In this document: one piece after another, positions 8,880 through 18,985 of the stretch | Position numbering within the stretch: the stretch's first letter is position 1 | Layout of the letters: each line of letters begins with the position of its first letter | DNA from: Gemmatimonadota bacterium | Lineage (GTDB): Bacteria; Gemmatimonadota; Gemmatimonadetes; JACCXV01; JAHWKZ01 | Assembly: GCA_050732875.1 (NCBI GenBank) | Contig: JBOHRQ010000003.1 | Location: forward strand, 2,821-66,820 | Reading direction: 5' to 3' | Length of the DNA stretch: 64,000 nucleotides | Made by a program: the position numbers and the translations under genes | The notes under the pieces: model-generated | What the model was told of the DNA's origin: nothing | Seen by the model: the letters and a program-made list of their open reading frames with translations, nothing else | Database searches by the model: none

Positions 8880-10457
8880 TTATTCCCATTCGATCGTGGC
8901 CGGGGGTTTGCTCGAAACGTCGTACACCACCCGGTTCACCCCCCGCACCTCGTTGATGATCCGGTTGGAGACGCGGGCCAGGAAGTCGGGCGGGAACGGA
9001 AACCAGTCGGCGGTCATCCCGTCCCGCGAGGTCACCGCCCGCAGCGCGACCACGCTCTCGTAGGTCCGGAAGTCTCCCATCACGCCGACGGCCTTGACCG
9101 GCAGCAGCACCGCGAATGCCTGCCAGATCCGGTCGTACAGGTCGGCCGCCAGAATCTCCTGGAGGAAGAGGGCGTCGACTTCCTGCAGGAGCGCCACACG
9201 GCCGGCGGTCACCTCGCCCAGGATGCGGACCGCCAGGCCCGGGCCCGGGAAGGGGTGCCGGCCGAGGATGTCCTCCGGGAGCCCCAGCTCCCGGCCCACC
9301 TGCCGGACCTCGTCCTTGAACAGTTCGCGCAGCGGCTCCACGACCTGGAGGCGCATCCGCTCCGGCAATCCCCCCACGTTGTGGTGGGTCTTGATGGTCG
9401 CCGACGGCCCGCGGACGGACATCGATTCAATCACGTCCGGGTAGAGCGTCCCCTGAACCAGGAAGCCCGCGCCCTCGATCTCGTCGGCGGCTTCCTCGAA
9501 GACCTCGATGAACCGATGACCGATCCGGCGCCGCTTCTCCTCCGGATCCTCGATTCCCGCGAGGTCGGCCAGGAAGCGCCCGCCGGCGTCCACCGTTTCG
9601 AGGCGGTAGTGGAGGTGCTCCCGGAAGGTCCGCTCCACCTGGTGGCGCTCGTCCTTCCGCAGGAGACCCGTGTCCACGAAGATGCAGGTCAGCCGGTCGC
9701 CGATCGCGCGATGGACGAGCGCCGCCGCCACCGCCGAGTCGACTCCGCCCGAGAGCCCGCAGATGGCCCGGCCGGCCCCGATCCGCTCACGGATCCCGGC
9801 CACCGCCGTATCGATGAACGACTGCATCGTCCAGTCCGGAGCGCAGCCCGCGATCTCGAACACGAAGTTGGCCAGCAGCTCCTCCCCGCCCTCGGTGTGA
9901 GCGACCTCGGGGTGGAACTGGACCCCGAAGCGGCGGGTCTCGGGATTCCCGAACGCGGCGATCACGTTCTCTCCCGACACCGCGTAGGCCGCGTATCGAT
10001 GGGGCACGGCTTCGACCCGGTCGCCATGGCTCATCCAGACGTCCAGCGCCTGGTCGTCCTCGAACCCGCCGAAGAGGCCGACCGGGTTGGTGACCGTCAG
10101 CCGTGCGCGGCCGTACTCGCGGACCCGGGCGGGCTCCACGACGCCGCCCTCGGAGCGGGCCAGCAGATGCATCCCGTAGCAGATCCCGAGGATCGGGACC
10201 GGCAGCTCCAGCAGCCCCTCCCGGGGATGGGGCGCGTCCTCGTCGTAGACGCTGGAGGGCCCGCCGGAGAGGATGATCCCGGCCGGCGCCCACGTGCGAA
10301 TGGTCTCGGGATCGAGCGAGAACGGGTGGATCTCGCAGTACACCCTGAGCTCCCGGATCCGCCGCGCGATGAGCTGGGTGTACTGGCTTCCGAAGTCGAG
10401 AATCAGGATCCAGGCCCCTGGACGGCGATGGCCACCCGGCCGTGAGTCAGAACTCAT
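8880..10457 (-). CDS. guaA: GMP synthase (glutamine-hydrolysing)
   Basis: The GATase domain ([26 protein letters not shown]) is followed by the ATP-pyrophosphatase SGGVDS motif and a C-terminal dimerisation domain. The exact start is uncertain. Confidence 0.9.
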   Translation of the reverse strand: MSSDSRPGGHRRPGAWILILDFGSQYTQLIARRIRELRVYCEIHPFSLDPETIRTWAPAGIILSGGPSSVYDEDAPHPREGLLELPVPILGICYGMHLLARSEGGVVEPARVREYGRARLTVTNPVGLFGGFEDDQALDVWMSHGDRVEAVPHRYAAYAVSGENVIAAFGNPETRRFGVQFHPEVAHTEGGEELLANFVFEIAGCAPDWTMQSFIDTAVAGIRERIGAGRAICGLSGGVDSAVAAALVHRAIGDRLTCIFVDTGLLRKDERHQVERTFREHLHYRLETVDAGGRFLADLAGIEDPEEKRRRIGHRFIEVFEEAADEIEGAGFLVQGTLYPDVIESMSVRGPSATIKTHHNVGGLPERMRLQVVEPLRELFKDEVRQVGRELGLPEDILGRHPFPGPGLAVRILGEVTAGRVALLQEVDALFLQEILAADLYDRIWQAFAVLLPVKAVGVMGDFRTYESVVALRAVTSRDGMTADWFPFPPDFLARVSNRIINEVRGVNRVVYDVSSKPPATIEWE

Positions 10458-10935
10458 GGAACTCGACCTCCCCGCTGGCGGTGTCGTAGACGGCGAAGGA
10501 GGGGACGCCTCCCAGCCACCCGCAGAGCTCGCCCGGGTTGACGATGCGGGTTCGACCGACGGTGCGCTCGTCCCGCTCGTGCGTGTGGCCGTACAGGACC
10601 AGGTCGTAGTCCCCCGTCATGGCGACGGCGTCCACGCCTCGAGGCTCGTGCATCATCAGAATCCGCCGCCGATCGATCCGGGTCTCCCACCACTGCCACT
10701 CCATTCGCGCTCCGATCTCGGCGAACGCCTGCGTCAGCCGATAGACGTCGCCGTCGTTGTTTCCCCAGATCCCGTGCAGCGGGGCCTCGAGACGACCCAG
10801 CTCCTTGACCGCGAACGGTGAGCAATAGTCGCCCGCGTGCAGGACGACGTCGACCGCGAAGCGGTTGAGGAGGCTGACCGCCTCCCGGATCCGCGGGACG
10901 TGGTCGTGCGAGTCGCTGACCAGGCCCACCCTCAC
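10447..10935 (-). CDS. Metallophosphoesterase of the YfcE/MJ0936 family.
   Basis: Calcineurin-like phosphoesterase motifs are present ([26 protein letters not shown]). The GTG start overlaps the hisS stop as GTGA. The upstream part of the ORF-track ORF is a read-through artefact. Confidence 0.75.
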   Translation of the reverse strand: MRVGLVSDSHDHVPRIREAVSLLNRFAVDVVLHAGDYCSPFAVKELGRLEAPLHGIWGNNDGDVYRLTQAFAEIGARMEWQWWETRIDRRRILMMHEPRGVDAVAMTGDYDLVLYGHTHERDERTVGRTRIVNPGELCGWLGGVPSFAVYDTASGEVEFHEF

Positions 10936-12236
10936 CGCGCCGAACCATCGCAGAGCCGCGCGATCGCCTCCTCGATGCCCAGCACGGACTCCTCTCCGGT
11001 AGAGAGATCCCGCACGGTCAGCCGTTCGGCCGCGCGCTCCCGCTCGCCGATCACGACCGCCACCCGGGCTCCCGCCTTGGCCGCGCTCTTGAGCCCGCGG
11101 CCGAGCGAGGTGTCGCGGAGCGCCATGTCGGTCCGCACCCCGGCCCCGCGCAGGCGCGTGGCCACGCCGAGCGCGTACAGGCGCTCTCCGGCAGAGACGG
11201 GAATCACGTAGGCCTCGCAGCGTCCCCTGGTCAGGGGGGCACGGTCGATCCTCTCCAGCAGCTCGGTCAGGACCGCCTCTCCGAGCCCGAACCCCACGGC
11301 CGGAAGCCGCTCGCCCCCGAGGCCCGCCAGGAGGTCGTCGTACCGTCCTCCTCCGCAGATCGCCCGCAGCTCGCCGGCCCGGTCGTGCATCTCGAAGACG
11401 ATGCCCGTGTAGTACGCGAGGCCGCGCACGATGGCGGCGTCGAAGGCGCAGTACTCCGCCATGCCGTAGGCGCCGAGCTGGGCCTCGAGCTCGTCCAGCG
11501 CCGCCGACTCGGCGGCCAGGTCGACGCCCGCCTCGGCGAGCGCGGCCTCGAAGCCCTGACGCTCGCGGCGCCCGACCGCCTCCATCAGGATCATCGCGGC
11601 GCGCTCCTCCACTCCGGCCCGGGCCAGCGCCTCGCGCGTCTCGTCCGGTCCGCCCCGCGTCATCTTGTCGAGCGCCACGAAGGCGGCTGGCCAGCGCCCG
11701 GTCGGAACCTGCAGCCGCGCGAGCGCGCGATCGAGAAGCCGGCGGTCGCTGTAGCGGACGACGAAGTCCCCGGCCCCCAGACCGCAGGCCTTGAGGGAAT
11801 CCACCCCCGCCGCGATGATCTCGGCGTCGGCCTCGACCCCCGGGACCCCGAGGATGTCGAGGTTGAGCTGCCAGAACTCGCGGAAGCGGCCTCGCTGGGG
11901 ACGCTCGTAGCGGAACAGGCGCGGGATCGAAAACCATTTGATGGGCCTGGCGAGGCCCTGGCTGCGGGCGGCGACCATGCGCGCCAGGGACGGCGTCATC
12001 TCCGGCCGCAGGGCCACCTTCCGGCCGCCGCGATCCTCGAAGGCGTAGAGCTGTCCTACGATCTCCTCGCCCGATTTGACCGTGAACAGCTCGAGCGGCT
12101 CGATCGCCGGCGCGTCGTACTCCTCGAACCCGTAGAGGAGCGCGACCTCGCGCCAACGCTCCTCGATCCAGCGGCGGACCCGCATCGCCTCGGGGTAGAA
12201 GTCGCGGGTCCCCGGTACGCGTTCGAATCGCGTCAC
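10932..12236 (-). CDS. hisS: Histidine--tRNA ligase
   Basis: Class II aaRS HisS motifs are present (VTRFERVPGTRDFYPEA..., FRYERPQRGRFREFWQ) along with the anticodon-binding C-terminus. The GTG start overlaps the folC stop. Confidence 0.9.
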   Translation of the reverse strand: MTRFERVPGTRDFYPEAMRVRRWIEERWREVALLYGFEEYDAPAIEPLELFTVKSGEEIVGQLYAFEDRGGRKVALRPEMTPSLARMVAARSQGLARPIKWFSIPRLFRYERPQRGRFREFWQLNLDILGVPGVEADAEIIAAGVDSLKACGLGAGDFVVRYSDRRLLDRALARLQVPTGRWPAAFVALDKMTRGGPDETREALARAGVEERAAMILMEAVGRRERQGFEAALAEAGVDLAAESAALDELEAQLGAYGMAEYCAFDAAIVRGLAYYTGIVFEMHDRAGELRAICGGGRYDDLLAGLGGERLPAVGFGLGEAVLTELLERIDRAPLTRGRCEAYVIPVSAGERLYALGVATRLRGAGVRTDMALRDTSLGRGLKSAAKAGARVAVVIGERERAAERLTVRDLSTGEESVLGIEEAIARLCDGSAR

Positions 12237-13540
12237 CGGGCGGCCTCCGCCGCCGGAGACCGGTACAGGAAGCCCGGGCCGGAGCGACCGAGGGCCCGCA
12301 TGGCCTCGCCCACCGTGTGGAAGGACCCGGTGACGAGGATCCGGGCCGCCCGGCCGGCCGCCGCCCGGCGCGCCTCGGCCAGCCCCTCGGCCACGTTGTC
12401 GGCCCATCGCAGCCAGGGCCAGCGCCCGAGGTCCCAAGGCCGCGCGAGCCGCCGATCGTTCGGGGCGTCGGGGAGCCCGCACAGCCATCCGCGCCCGGCC
12501 AGGGTGGACAGGCCCTCGAGCATCCCGATCCAGTCCTTGTCGGCCAGGAAGCCGGCCACGAGGAGCGTCTCGCCATCGGCGAGGCTCTCCGTCAGCCGTC
12601 CGATCGCGGCCGGATTGTGGGCCACGTCGAAGACAATCTCGATCCCGTCGACGGTCCAGCGCTCGGCCCGGCCCACCGGGCGAACGCCGGCGAGCGCTTC
12701 GCGCACGCACGACGCGGCCAGAGGACGAACCCGCGCCCGTTCCCAGGCCCGCACAGCGAGCGCCGCGTTGCGGGCGAAATGAGCGCCCCGGATCGGCAGC
12801 GCCAGATCCGAGCCCCGCCAGTCGGGACCGGCATAGTCGAACCGGGTTCCATCCTCGGCGAGCCGTACTTCCAGCCGGACGTCGGCCTCGAGAAAGTCGA
12901 TCGGCGCCCCCGCCTCGCGGGCCGTTTCGACGAGCGCCTCCCGCACCTCGGGAGCCCCCGCCTCGCCGACCAGCGCCGGGATGTCCGCCTTGAAGATGCC
13001 CGCCTTCTCGCGCGCGATCGTGGCGAGGTCGCTTCCCAGCTGGGGCTCGTGGTCGCGCGCCACGTTCGTCACCACCGCGATCTCTGGCCGGACCACGTTG
13101 GTCGCGTCGAGCCGGCCGCCCAGGCCGACCTCGACGACCGCCAGCTCCGCCCCGGTGGCCGCGAAGTGCTCGAAGGCCATCAGCGTGGTGGCTTCGAAGT
13201 AGGTCAGCCCCCGTTCGCGGCTCCAGCCGGCCACCCGCTTCCAGGCGTCCACGACCGCCTCGCGGCCGATCGGCTCACCGTCGATGCGGATGCGCTCGCG
13301 GAAGTCCAGCACGTGGGGCGAGGTATAGCACCCGGTCCTGAGGCCGTGGGCCGTGCCGATGGCAGCCAGGCAGGCCGCGGTCGTCCCCTTGCCGTTGGTG
13401 CCGGCCACATGGAGCGTGGGACAGGCGAGCTCGGGATGGCCGGCCGCCTCGCAATAGGCGCGCACCTCCGCGAGGCCGAGCCGGATCCCGAACCTCTCGA
13501 GGCGATGGAGGGCGGCGAGCGCCTTCCGGTACTCGCTCAC
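12233..13540 (-). CDS. folC: Bifunctional folylpolyglutamate synthase / dihydrofolate synthase
   Basis: It has the Mur ligase-family P-loop (VAGTNGKGTT) and a FolC-like sequence throughout. The GTG start overlaps the accD stop as GTGA. Confidence 0.85.
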   Translation of the reverse strand: MSEYRKALAALHRLERFGIRLGLAEVRAYCEAAGHPELACPTLHVAGTNGKGTTAACLAAIGTAHGLRTGCYTSPHVLDFRERIRIDGEPIGREAVVDAWKRVAGWSRERGLTYFEATTLMAFEHFAATGAELAVVEVGLGGRLDATNVVRPEIAVVTNVARDHEPQLGSDLATIAREKAGIFKADIPALVGEAGAPEVREALVETAREAGAPIDFLEADVRLEVRLAEDGTRFDYAGPDWRGSDLALPIRGAHFARNAALAVRAWERARVRPLAASCVREALAGVRPVGRAERWTVDGIEIVFDVAHNPAAIGRLTESLADGETLLVAGFLADKDWIGMLEGLSTLAGRGWLCGLPDAPNDRRLARPWDLGRWPWLRWADNVAEGLAEARRAAAGRAARILVTGSFHTVGEAMRALGRSGPGFLYRSPAAEAAR

Positions 13541-14403
13541 GTCTCCTCGGCGGGAGCCTCGCGACCCGTCATCCAGCGCAACGTTCGCGAGATCGTCCGC
13601 TTCAAGCGTTCGCGCGGCACGACCGCGTCGACGAAGCCGTGGTCGAGAAGGAACTCGGCGGTCTGGAACTCCTCGGGCAGATCCTGGCCTATCGTCTGCT
13701 TGATGACCCGCGGACCGGCAAACCCGATCTGGGCTCCCGGCTCGGCGAAGATCACGTCGCCCAGCATGGCGTACGAGGCGGTCACGCCTCCGGTGGTGGG
13801 GTCGGTGTCGACGGCGACGAACGGCAGGCCCTGCCGGTCGAACTCGGCCAGCAGCGCGCTGGTCTTGGCCATCTGCATGAGCGACAGCACGCCTTCCTGC
13901 ATGCGCGCCCCGCCGCTGGCCGAGACGATCACCAGCGGGATCTGACGCTCGATCGCCCGCTCGATGGCGCGCGCCACTTTCTCTCCGACGACCGATCCCA
14001 TGCTCCCCCCCATGAAGCCGAAGTCCATGACGGCCACGGAGACCTCGAGCCCGTCGAGCGCTCCGATACCGCACACGATCGCGTCGGCGCGTTGTGTGCG
14101 GGCGCGGTACTCCTCCAGGCGTTGCGGATACGGCTTGGAGTCCACGAAGTCGAGGGGATCGACGCTCGCCAGATCGGCGTCGTGCTCCTCGAAGGTGCCA
14201 CCGTCGAGGAGGGTCTCCAGATATTCCTGCACGCCGACCCGGAAGTGATGCCCGCAATCCAAGCACACCCAGATGCGGCCGGCGAGATCCTTGCGATAGA
14301 GGATGTTCCCGCAGGATGGACACTTCTGCCAGAGCTCGCCCGGAAGCTCCTTCCGGGCAGTCGTCTCCTCGATCTTTCGTTTGTCGCGCTTGAACCAGCT
14401 CAT
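13537..14403 (-). CDS. accD: Acetyl-CoA carboxylase carboxyltransferase beta subunit
   Basis: The N-terminus MSWFKRDK is followed by a Cys4 zinc ribbon (CPSCGNILYRKDL...CLDCGHH) and the carboxyltransferase domain. Confidence 0.9.
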   Translation of the reverse strand: MSWFKRDKRKIEETTARKELPGELWQKCPSCGNILYRKDLAGRIWVCLDCGHHFRVGVQEYLETLLDGGTFEEHDADLASVDPLDFVDSKPYPQRLEEYRARTQRADAIVCGIGALDGLEVSVAVMDFGFMGGSMGSVVGEKVARAIERAIERQIPLVIVSASGGARMQEGVLSLMQMAKTSALLAEFDRQGLPFVAVDTDPTTGGVTASYAMLGDVIFAEPGAQIGFAGPRVIKQTIGQDLPEEFQTAEFLLDHGFVDAVVPRERLKRTISRTLRWMTGREAPAEET

Positions 14404-14467
14404 GGGGTCACCCACGGTCGGCAGGGGCTAGTACACGCGGTCATCCATAGGGTGACGTTTGTCAAGC

Positions 14468-14941
14468 CTACGTCTCGCCTCCGGCGAGGTCAACAGCCAT
14501 GGTGACGGCGTCCTCCCGAGGGTGGCGGTAGTAGTCGCGACGCCGGCCCGTGGCGGCGAAACCGTGCCGGAGGTAGAAGGAACGGGCCGCCGCATTGGAG
14601 ACACGCACCTCGAGGTACATGCGGCCGGCTCCCCGCTCGCGCGCGACCTCGCACATGGCGTCCAGCAGTCGTCCTCCGACTCCACGCCGGCGCTGGACTC
14701 GGGCCACCGCGAGGTTGGCCAGCTCGGCCTCGTCGCCGGCGATCCAGCCGAGCGCGTAGCCTGCCAGCGACCCGTCGGACAGGATCGCCGCCCGGCCGAT
14801 CGCCCCTGGCAGATCCATGATCCGCGCGAAGTGCTCCGCAGGCCAGGGCGAAGGATAAACGCTCTGCTCCAGCGCCACGACGGCGGGGAGGTCGGCAGGC
14901 TCGAGCCGCCGGACCTGAAGCCCGGGAAGGACGACGCTCAT
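14468..14941 (-). CDS. rimI: Ribosomal-protein-alanine N-acetyltransferase (GNAT family)
   Basis: It is RimI-like with GNAT motifs and lies directly downstream of tsaB, where its ATG overlaps the tsaB stop as ATGA. Confidence 0.8.
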   Translation of the reverse strand: MSVVLPGLQVRRLEPADLPAVVALEQSVYPSPWPAEHFARIMDLPGAIGRAAILSDGSLAGYALGWIAGDEAELANLAVARVQRRRGVGGRLLDAMCEVARERGAGRMYLEVRVSNAAARSFYLRHGFAATGRRRDYYRHPREDAVTMAVDLAGGET

Positions 14942-15552
14942 CGACCGCTGGCCTCCGTGGGCGGACGGGCATAGGCGATGCGCAGCGCTCCTGGCGCCGA
15001 CAGCCGATAGGCATCGGGCGCGCGAGCCACGAGCGCGGCCAGCGCGACCGCCGGAGAGGATCCATCCAGCCGCTTCTCGAGCTGCACGTGGGGAACCCCG
15101 TCCGCCCACGCCCCGACGCGATCGGCATCGATGTCGACGGGCCCCCGAACAGTGACCCATGCCTTCCCCTTCCGCTCCAGCAGGGCCACGTAGCGTCGTC
15201 CCCGGCGGGCGTCCAGGCTGGCGCACACCGGGGTCGTCTCCGGTCGCGCACAGGCCTCGGCCACGACCACCAGCGTAGAGGGGGCGAAGAGGGGCAGCTC
15301 CCGGAGCTCCGCGATCGCCAGCACCAACGCGGCTCCTATGCGGAGACCCGTGAACGAGCCGGGGCCAGCCGGCACCGCGAGACCGTCCAGGTCGGACCAT
15401 CCCAGCCCGGCCTCGTCGAGCAGGGCCTCCACCGCCGGGGCGCACTCGCGGAACGCCGAACGCCACGCGAGCCGGCGCTCCAGGACGCGCTCATCCAGGC
15501 AGAGCGCCACGCCGGCCTCGAAGGTGGCCGTGTCGATGGCCAGGATTCTCAT
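14938..15552 (-). CDS. tsaB: tRNA threonylcarbamoyladenosine biosynthesis protein TsaB (YeaZ)
   Basis: The N-terminus MRILAIDTAT matches the YeaZ/Kae1 family, and the gene sits in a tsaE-tsaB-rimI arrangement. Confidence 0.85.
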   Translation of the reverse strand: MRILAIDTATFEAGVALCLDERVLERRLAWRSAFRECAPAVEALLDEAGLGWSDLDGLAVPAGPGSFTGLRIGAALVLAIAELRELPLFAPSTLVVVAEACARPETTPVCASLDARRGRRYVALLERKGKAWVTVRGPVDIDADRVGAWADGVPHVQLEKRLDGSSPAVALAALVARAPDAYRLSAPGALRIAYARPPTEASGR

Positions 15553-16043
15553 CCGCGACTACCCAGGGCCTGGGCGAGGGTCGACCAGCCCCCGCCGACC
15601 AGCCTTCCCACCAGATACCGTCCACCCGCCTCGTGCGCGAGCGCGATCACGGCATAGGGAGCTCGCACCAGGTCCGCCACGAGCTCCGGCCATTCCACGC
15701 ACGCCAGTCCGCGGGGAGAGAGCATCTCGTCGAGGTCCAGGCTCTCGAGCTGGGACGGGTCCTGCAGCCGGTAGAGATCGGCATGGACGAACGGGCGTCG
15801 GCCTTCGTAATGCAGCACGAGGTTGTAGGTCGGGCTGGTCACCGCGCCCGCCACGCCGCAGCCGGCGGCGACTCCCTGGGCGAACGTGGTCTTCCCCGCG
15901 CCCAGCGGCCCTTCCAGAAGGATCACCGCGCCGTCCGGGCCGAGCTCGCCGAACCGCCATCCCAGGCGCTTCGTGTCGTCGGGAGTCGGGACCAGCCGCT
16001 CGAACGCGAAGACCTCCGGCTCGACTCGGTCCTCGCGCACCAC
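15549..16043 (-). CDS. tsaE: tRNA threonylcarbamoyladenosine biosynthesis ATPase TsaE (YjeE)
   Basis: It has the P-loop GPLGAGKTTF and is YjeE-like in size and sequence. Confidence 0.85.
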   Translation of the reverse strand: MVREDRVEPEVFAFERLVPTPDDTKRLGWRFGELGPDGAVILLEGPLGAGKTTFAQGVAAGCGVAGAVTSPTYNLVLHYEGRRPFVHADLYRLQDPSQLESLDLDEMLSPRGLACVEWPELVADLVRAPYAVIALAHEAGGRYLVGRLVGGGWSTLAQALGSRG

Positions 16044-16105
16044 CTAGTGCCTCGGTGCGGGAATCCGCCTCAGCATCGAGAGGGCGGCACTAGTGTCGTG
16101 TCGCA

Positions 16106-18142
16106 CTAGAGGCCGATCCGCTCCCGCAGCGTGCCCCGACCCTGCGCCCTGGCGGAGGATTTTCCACGGATCTCGAACAGCTCGTCGCGAAGCAGCGCTG
16201 CCGTCTGGAAGTCAAGCCGTTCGGCGGCCGCCTTCATCTCGGCCTCGATCACCCGCGCGAGCTCCTCGCGCTCGAGCTCCCCCTGGAGACCCTTGAGTCG
16301 CTCGTGGACCGCCCGAGGCGAGCCCCCGGCGCGCGTGTCGGCCACCGAGGTCGTGCGCAAGATCTGCTCGCGGGTCTTGAATACCGTCTCGGGTTCGATC
16401 CCGTGTTCCTCGTTGTGGGCGGCCTGGATCTTCCGCCGCCGCTCGGTTTCGTCCATCATCCGCCGCATCGCCTCGGTGATCCGGTCGGCGTAAAGGATCA
16501 CCGTGCCGTTGAGGTTCCGGGCCGCCCGGCCGGCTGTCTGGATGAGGGCCGTCTCGGAGCGCAGGAATCCCTCCTTGTCGGCGTCCAGAACCGCTACCAG
16601 CGATACCTCCGGGAGATCGAGCCCCTCCCGCAGAAGATTGATCCCCACCAGGACGTCGAACTCGTCGATACGGAGGCCGCGGATGATCTCCATGCGCTCG
16701 AGAGCATTGATGTCGGAGTGCATGTAGCGAACGCGCACACCGGACTCGTTCAGATAATCGGCCAGGTCCTCGGCCATGCGCTTGGTGAGCGTGGTCACGA
16801 GCACCTTCTCTCCGACCGCCTCGCGGCGCCGGATCTCTTCCATGAGGTTGTCGACCTGACCGCGAACCGGACGCACTTCGACCCGCGGATCGAGCAGCCC
16901 GGTCGGCCGGATGATCTGCTCCACGACCACACCGTCCGACTTCTCCAGCTCGAAGTCGGCGGGCGTGGCCGAGACGAAGATCGTCCGCTGCATGAAGCGC
17001 TGGAACTCTTCGAACCGGAGAGGCCGGTTGTCGAGCGCCGACGGGAGCCGGTAGCCGTGCTCCACCAGCGTCTCCTTCCGCGACCGGTCCCCGGCGTACA
17101 TCCCGCCGATCTGGGGCACCGTGACGTGGGACTCGTCGAGTACGAGCAGGAAGTCGTCCGGGAAGTAGTCGAGCAGGCACGACGGCCGCTCGCCCTGCGC
17201 CCGGCCCGAGAGGTGGCGCGAGTAGTTCTCGATCCCCGCGCAGTATCCCATCTCCTCCATCATCTCGATATCGAAGCGGGTCCGCGTTTCGAGCTTGTGG
17301 GCCTCCAGCATGCGACCGTTCTCGCGCATCACGGCGAGCCGCTCGACGAGCTCGGCGCGAATCGCCAGCGTGGCCTCCTCGAGCTGGGGACGCGTCGTCA
17401 CGAAGTGCTTGGCCGGATAGATGGCCGCCCGGTCCAGCGTCGCGATCGTCGTGCCCCGCAGGGGATCGATCTTGGAGATACGCTCGACCTCGTCGCCCCA
17501 GAGCTCGATCCGGACCGCCTGCTCCTCGTACGCCGGGAAGATCTCGATCACGTCTCCGCGCACGCGGAAGCGACCGGGCTCGAAGTCGTAGTCGCCGCGC
17601 CTGTACTGGATCCGGACCAGCTCCTCGAGGATCCGGTCGCGCGCGATCTCCTGCCCCGTCTCGAGCACGACCATGAGCGAGCGGTACTCGCGCGGGCTCC
17701 CCAGCCCGTAGATCGCCGACACCGATGCTACCACGATCACGTCGCTCCGCTCGATCAGCGACGAGGTCGTCCTGAGCCGCAGGCGGTCGATGTCTTCATT
17801 GATCGAGGCGTCCTTTTCGATGTACGTGTCGGTGGCCGGGATGTAGGCCTCCGGCTGGTAGTAGTCGTAGTATGAGATGAAGTACTCGACGGCGTTGTGC
17901 GGGAAAAGCTGCTTGAGCTCGCCGTAGAGCTGGGCGGCGAGCGTCTTGTTGTGGGACATGACCAGGGTTGGGCGGCCATACGCGGCGATAACGTGGCCGA
18001 TCGTGAAGGTCTTCCCCGTGCCGGTCGCGCCCAGCAGCGTCTGGTAGCGGCGCCCCTCGGCGAGCCCCTCGCTCAGCTCCGCGATGGCCTTCGGCTGGTC
18101 CCCCCTGGGGACGAGGTCGGTGACGAGCTCGAACTTCGGCAT
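16106..18142 (-). CDS. uvrB: Excinuclease ABC subunit B
   Basis: It shows strong full-length UvrB similarity, including the helicase motifs (GATGTGKTF) and the C-terminal UvrC-interaction domain. Confidence 0.95.
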   Translation of the reverse strand: MPKFELVTDLVPRGDQPKAIAELSEGLAEGRRYQTLLGATGTGKTFTIGHVIAAYGRPTLVMSHNKTLAAQLYGELKQLFPHNAVEYFISYYDYYQPEAYIPATDTYIEKDASINEDIDRLRLRTTSSLIERSDVIVVASVSAIYGLGSPREYRSLMVVLETGQEIARDRILEELVRIQYRRGDYDFEPGRFRVRGDVIEIFPAYEEQAVRIELWGDEVERISKIDPLRGTTIATLDRAAIYPAKHFVTTRPQLEEATLAIRAELVERLAVMRENGRMLEAHKLETRTRFDIEMMEEMGYCAGIENYSRHLSGRAQGERPSCLLDYFPDDFLLVLDESHVTVPQIGGMYAGDRSRKETLVEHGYRLPSALDNRPLRFEEFQRFMQRTIFVSATPADFELEKSDGVVVEQIIRPTGLLDPRVEVRPVRGQVDNLMEEIRRREAVGEKVLVTTLTKRMAEDLADYLNESGVRVRYMHSDINALERMEIIRGLRIDEFDVLVGINLLREGLDLPEVSLVAVLDADKEGFLRSETALIQTAGRAARNLNGTVILYADRITEAMRRMMDETERRRKIQAAHNEEHGIEPETVFKTREQILRTTSVADTRAGGSPRAVHERLKGLQGELEREELARVIEAEMKAAAERLDFQTAALLRDELFEIRGKSSARAQGRGTLRERIGL

Positions 18143-18214
18143 GGCGTCAAATGTACCGCTCAAAGCAAGCGGACCGCCCACGAGGCGTCGTGCAGATCGA
18201 CCCCGGCGCCCGGC

Positions 18215-18892
18215 TCAGGAGTCGAAGATCTCTACGCCCTCCGGCGGCTCGAACTCGAAGGCGCTTCCCGACAGGGGCGCGTTGGGCTCCAGCCGCACGA
18301 ACGTGTAGGTGGTGGCGACGCCCTCGTCGGTGCGCGTCCGGACCTGGCGCGGAAATCCAGTCTCCCGGTCGACCCACACTTCCAGCAGCATGAAAGGCGC
18401 CCGAGGGCCCGCCGGCGTGAGGACCAGGCGATCGGTCGCGCGGCCGGCCACCGTCTGCGTGCCTCCCGACACCGCCACGTAGTCGTCCCGCAGGTCGCGC
18501 AGGTAGGTGAGGGGGTTCCGGACGTCGCTCCGGGCGGCCGGCTGGCGGATCACCTGGCCCGGCTGGCTGCTCGGCAGGTAGATCCAGACCCGCTCCCCGT
18601 CGTTGACGACGACATCGCCCGCGGGGTCGCTGTAGGCGATCCTGAAGAGCTCCGGCGAGCGGTAGGTGAGCGTGCCATGGCCCGTCGTCGTCCGCTCGAG
18701 GACGGGGTTGTAGACCTGCTGGTCGAACTCCGCCCGCAGGGTCTCCAGGCGATCCAGCGCCCGATCCGCACGCTGGAGAACCTGTTCGGGGTCGCTCGGA
18801 TTCTGATAGCCGAGCCCCGCCGTCGGCTGGACGAGCGCCAGGGCCAGCAGCCCCGCGCTCAGGCGGCTCATCATGCACTTCATGGTCATGTT
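18215..18892 (-). CDS. lolA: Outer-membrane lipoprotein carrier protein LolA-like
   Basis: It has a signal peptide and LolA-like beta-barrel sequence; the exact start is uncertain. Confidence 0.65.
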   Translation of the reverse strand, partial: NMTMKCMMSRLSAGLLALALVQPTAGLGYQNPSDPEQVLQRADRALDRLETLRAEFDQQVYNPVLERTTTGHGTLTYRSPELFRIAYSDPAGDVVVNDGERVWIYLPSSQPGQVIRQPAARSDVRNPLTYLRDLRDDYVAVSGGTQTVAGRATDRLVLTPAGPRAPFMLLEVWVDRETGFPRQVRTRTDEGVATTYTFVRLEPNAPLSGSAFEFEPPEGVEIFDS

Positions 18893-18985
18893 GGACCCCG
18901 CGCCGCGCCCCGGTGTTCCGGTCACGGGGCTGGCATGACGGTCGGCCCGACCCCATCATGCGACCGCCTCGTCCTCAACGACCCG

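Noticed and set aside
10447-12576. A 709-aa ORF and a 592-aa ORF (10932-12710) implying very large proteins.
   Set aside because: Only the C-terminal parts match known families (phosphoesterase, HisS). The N-terminal extensions are low-complexity read-through. The true starts are the GTGs at 10935 and 12236, which overlap the upstream stops.
12233-14323. A 696-aa ORF suggesting a giant FolC.
   Set aside because: FolC similarity begins at the GTG at 13540 (VSEYRKALAAL...). The upstream part overlaps accD, which is in another frame, and is non-coding in this frame.
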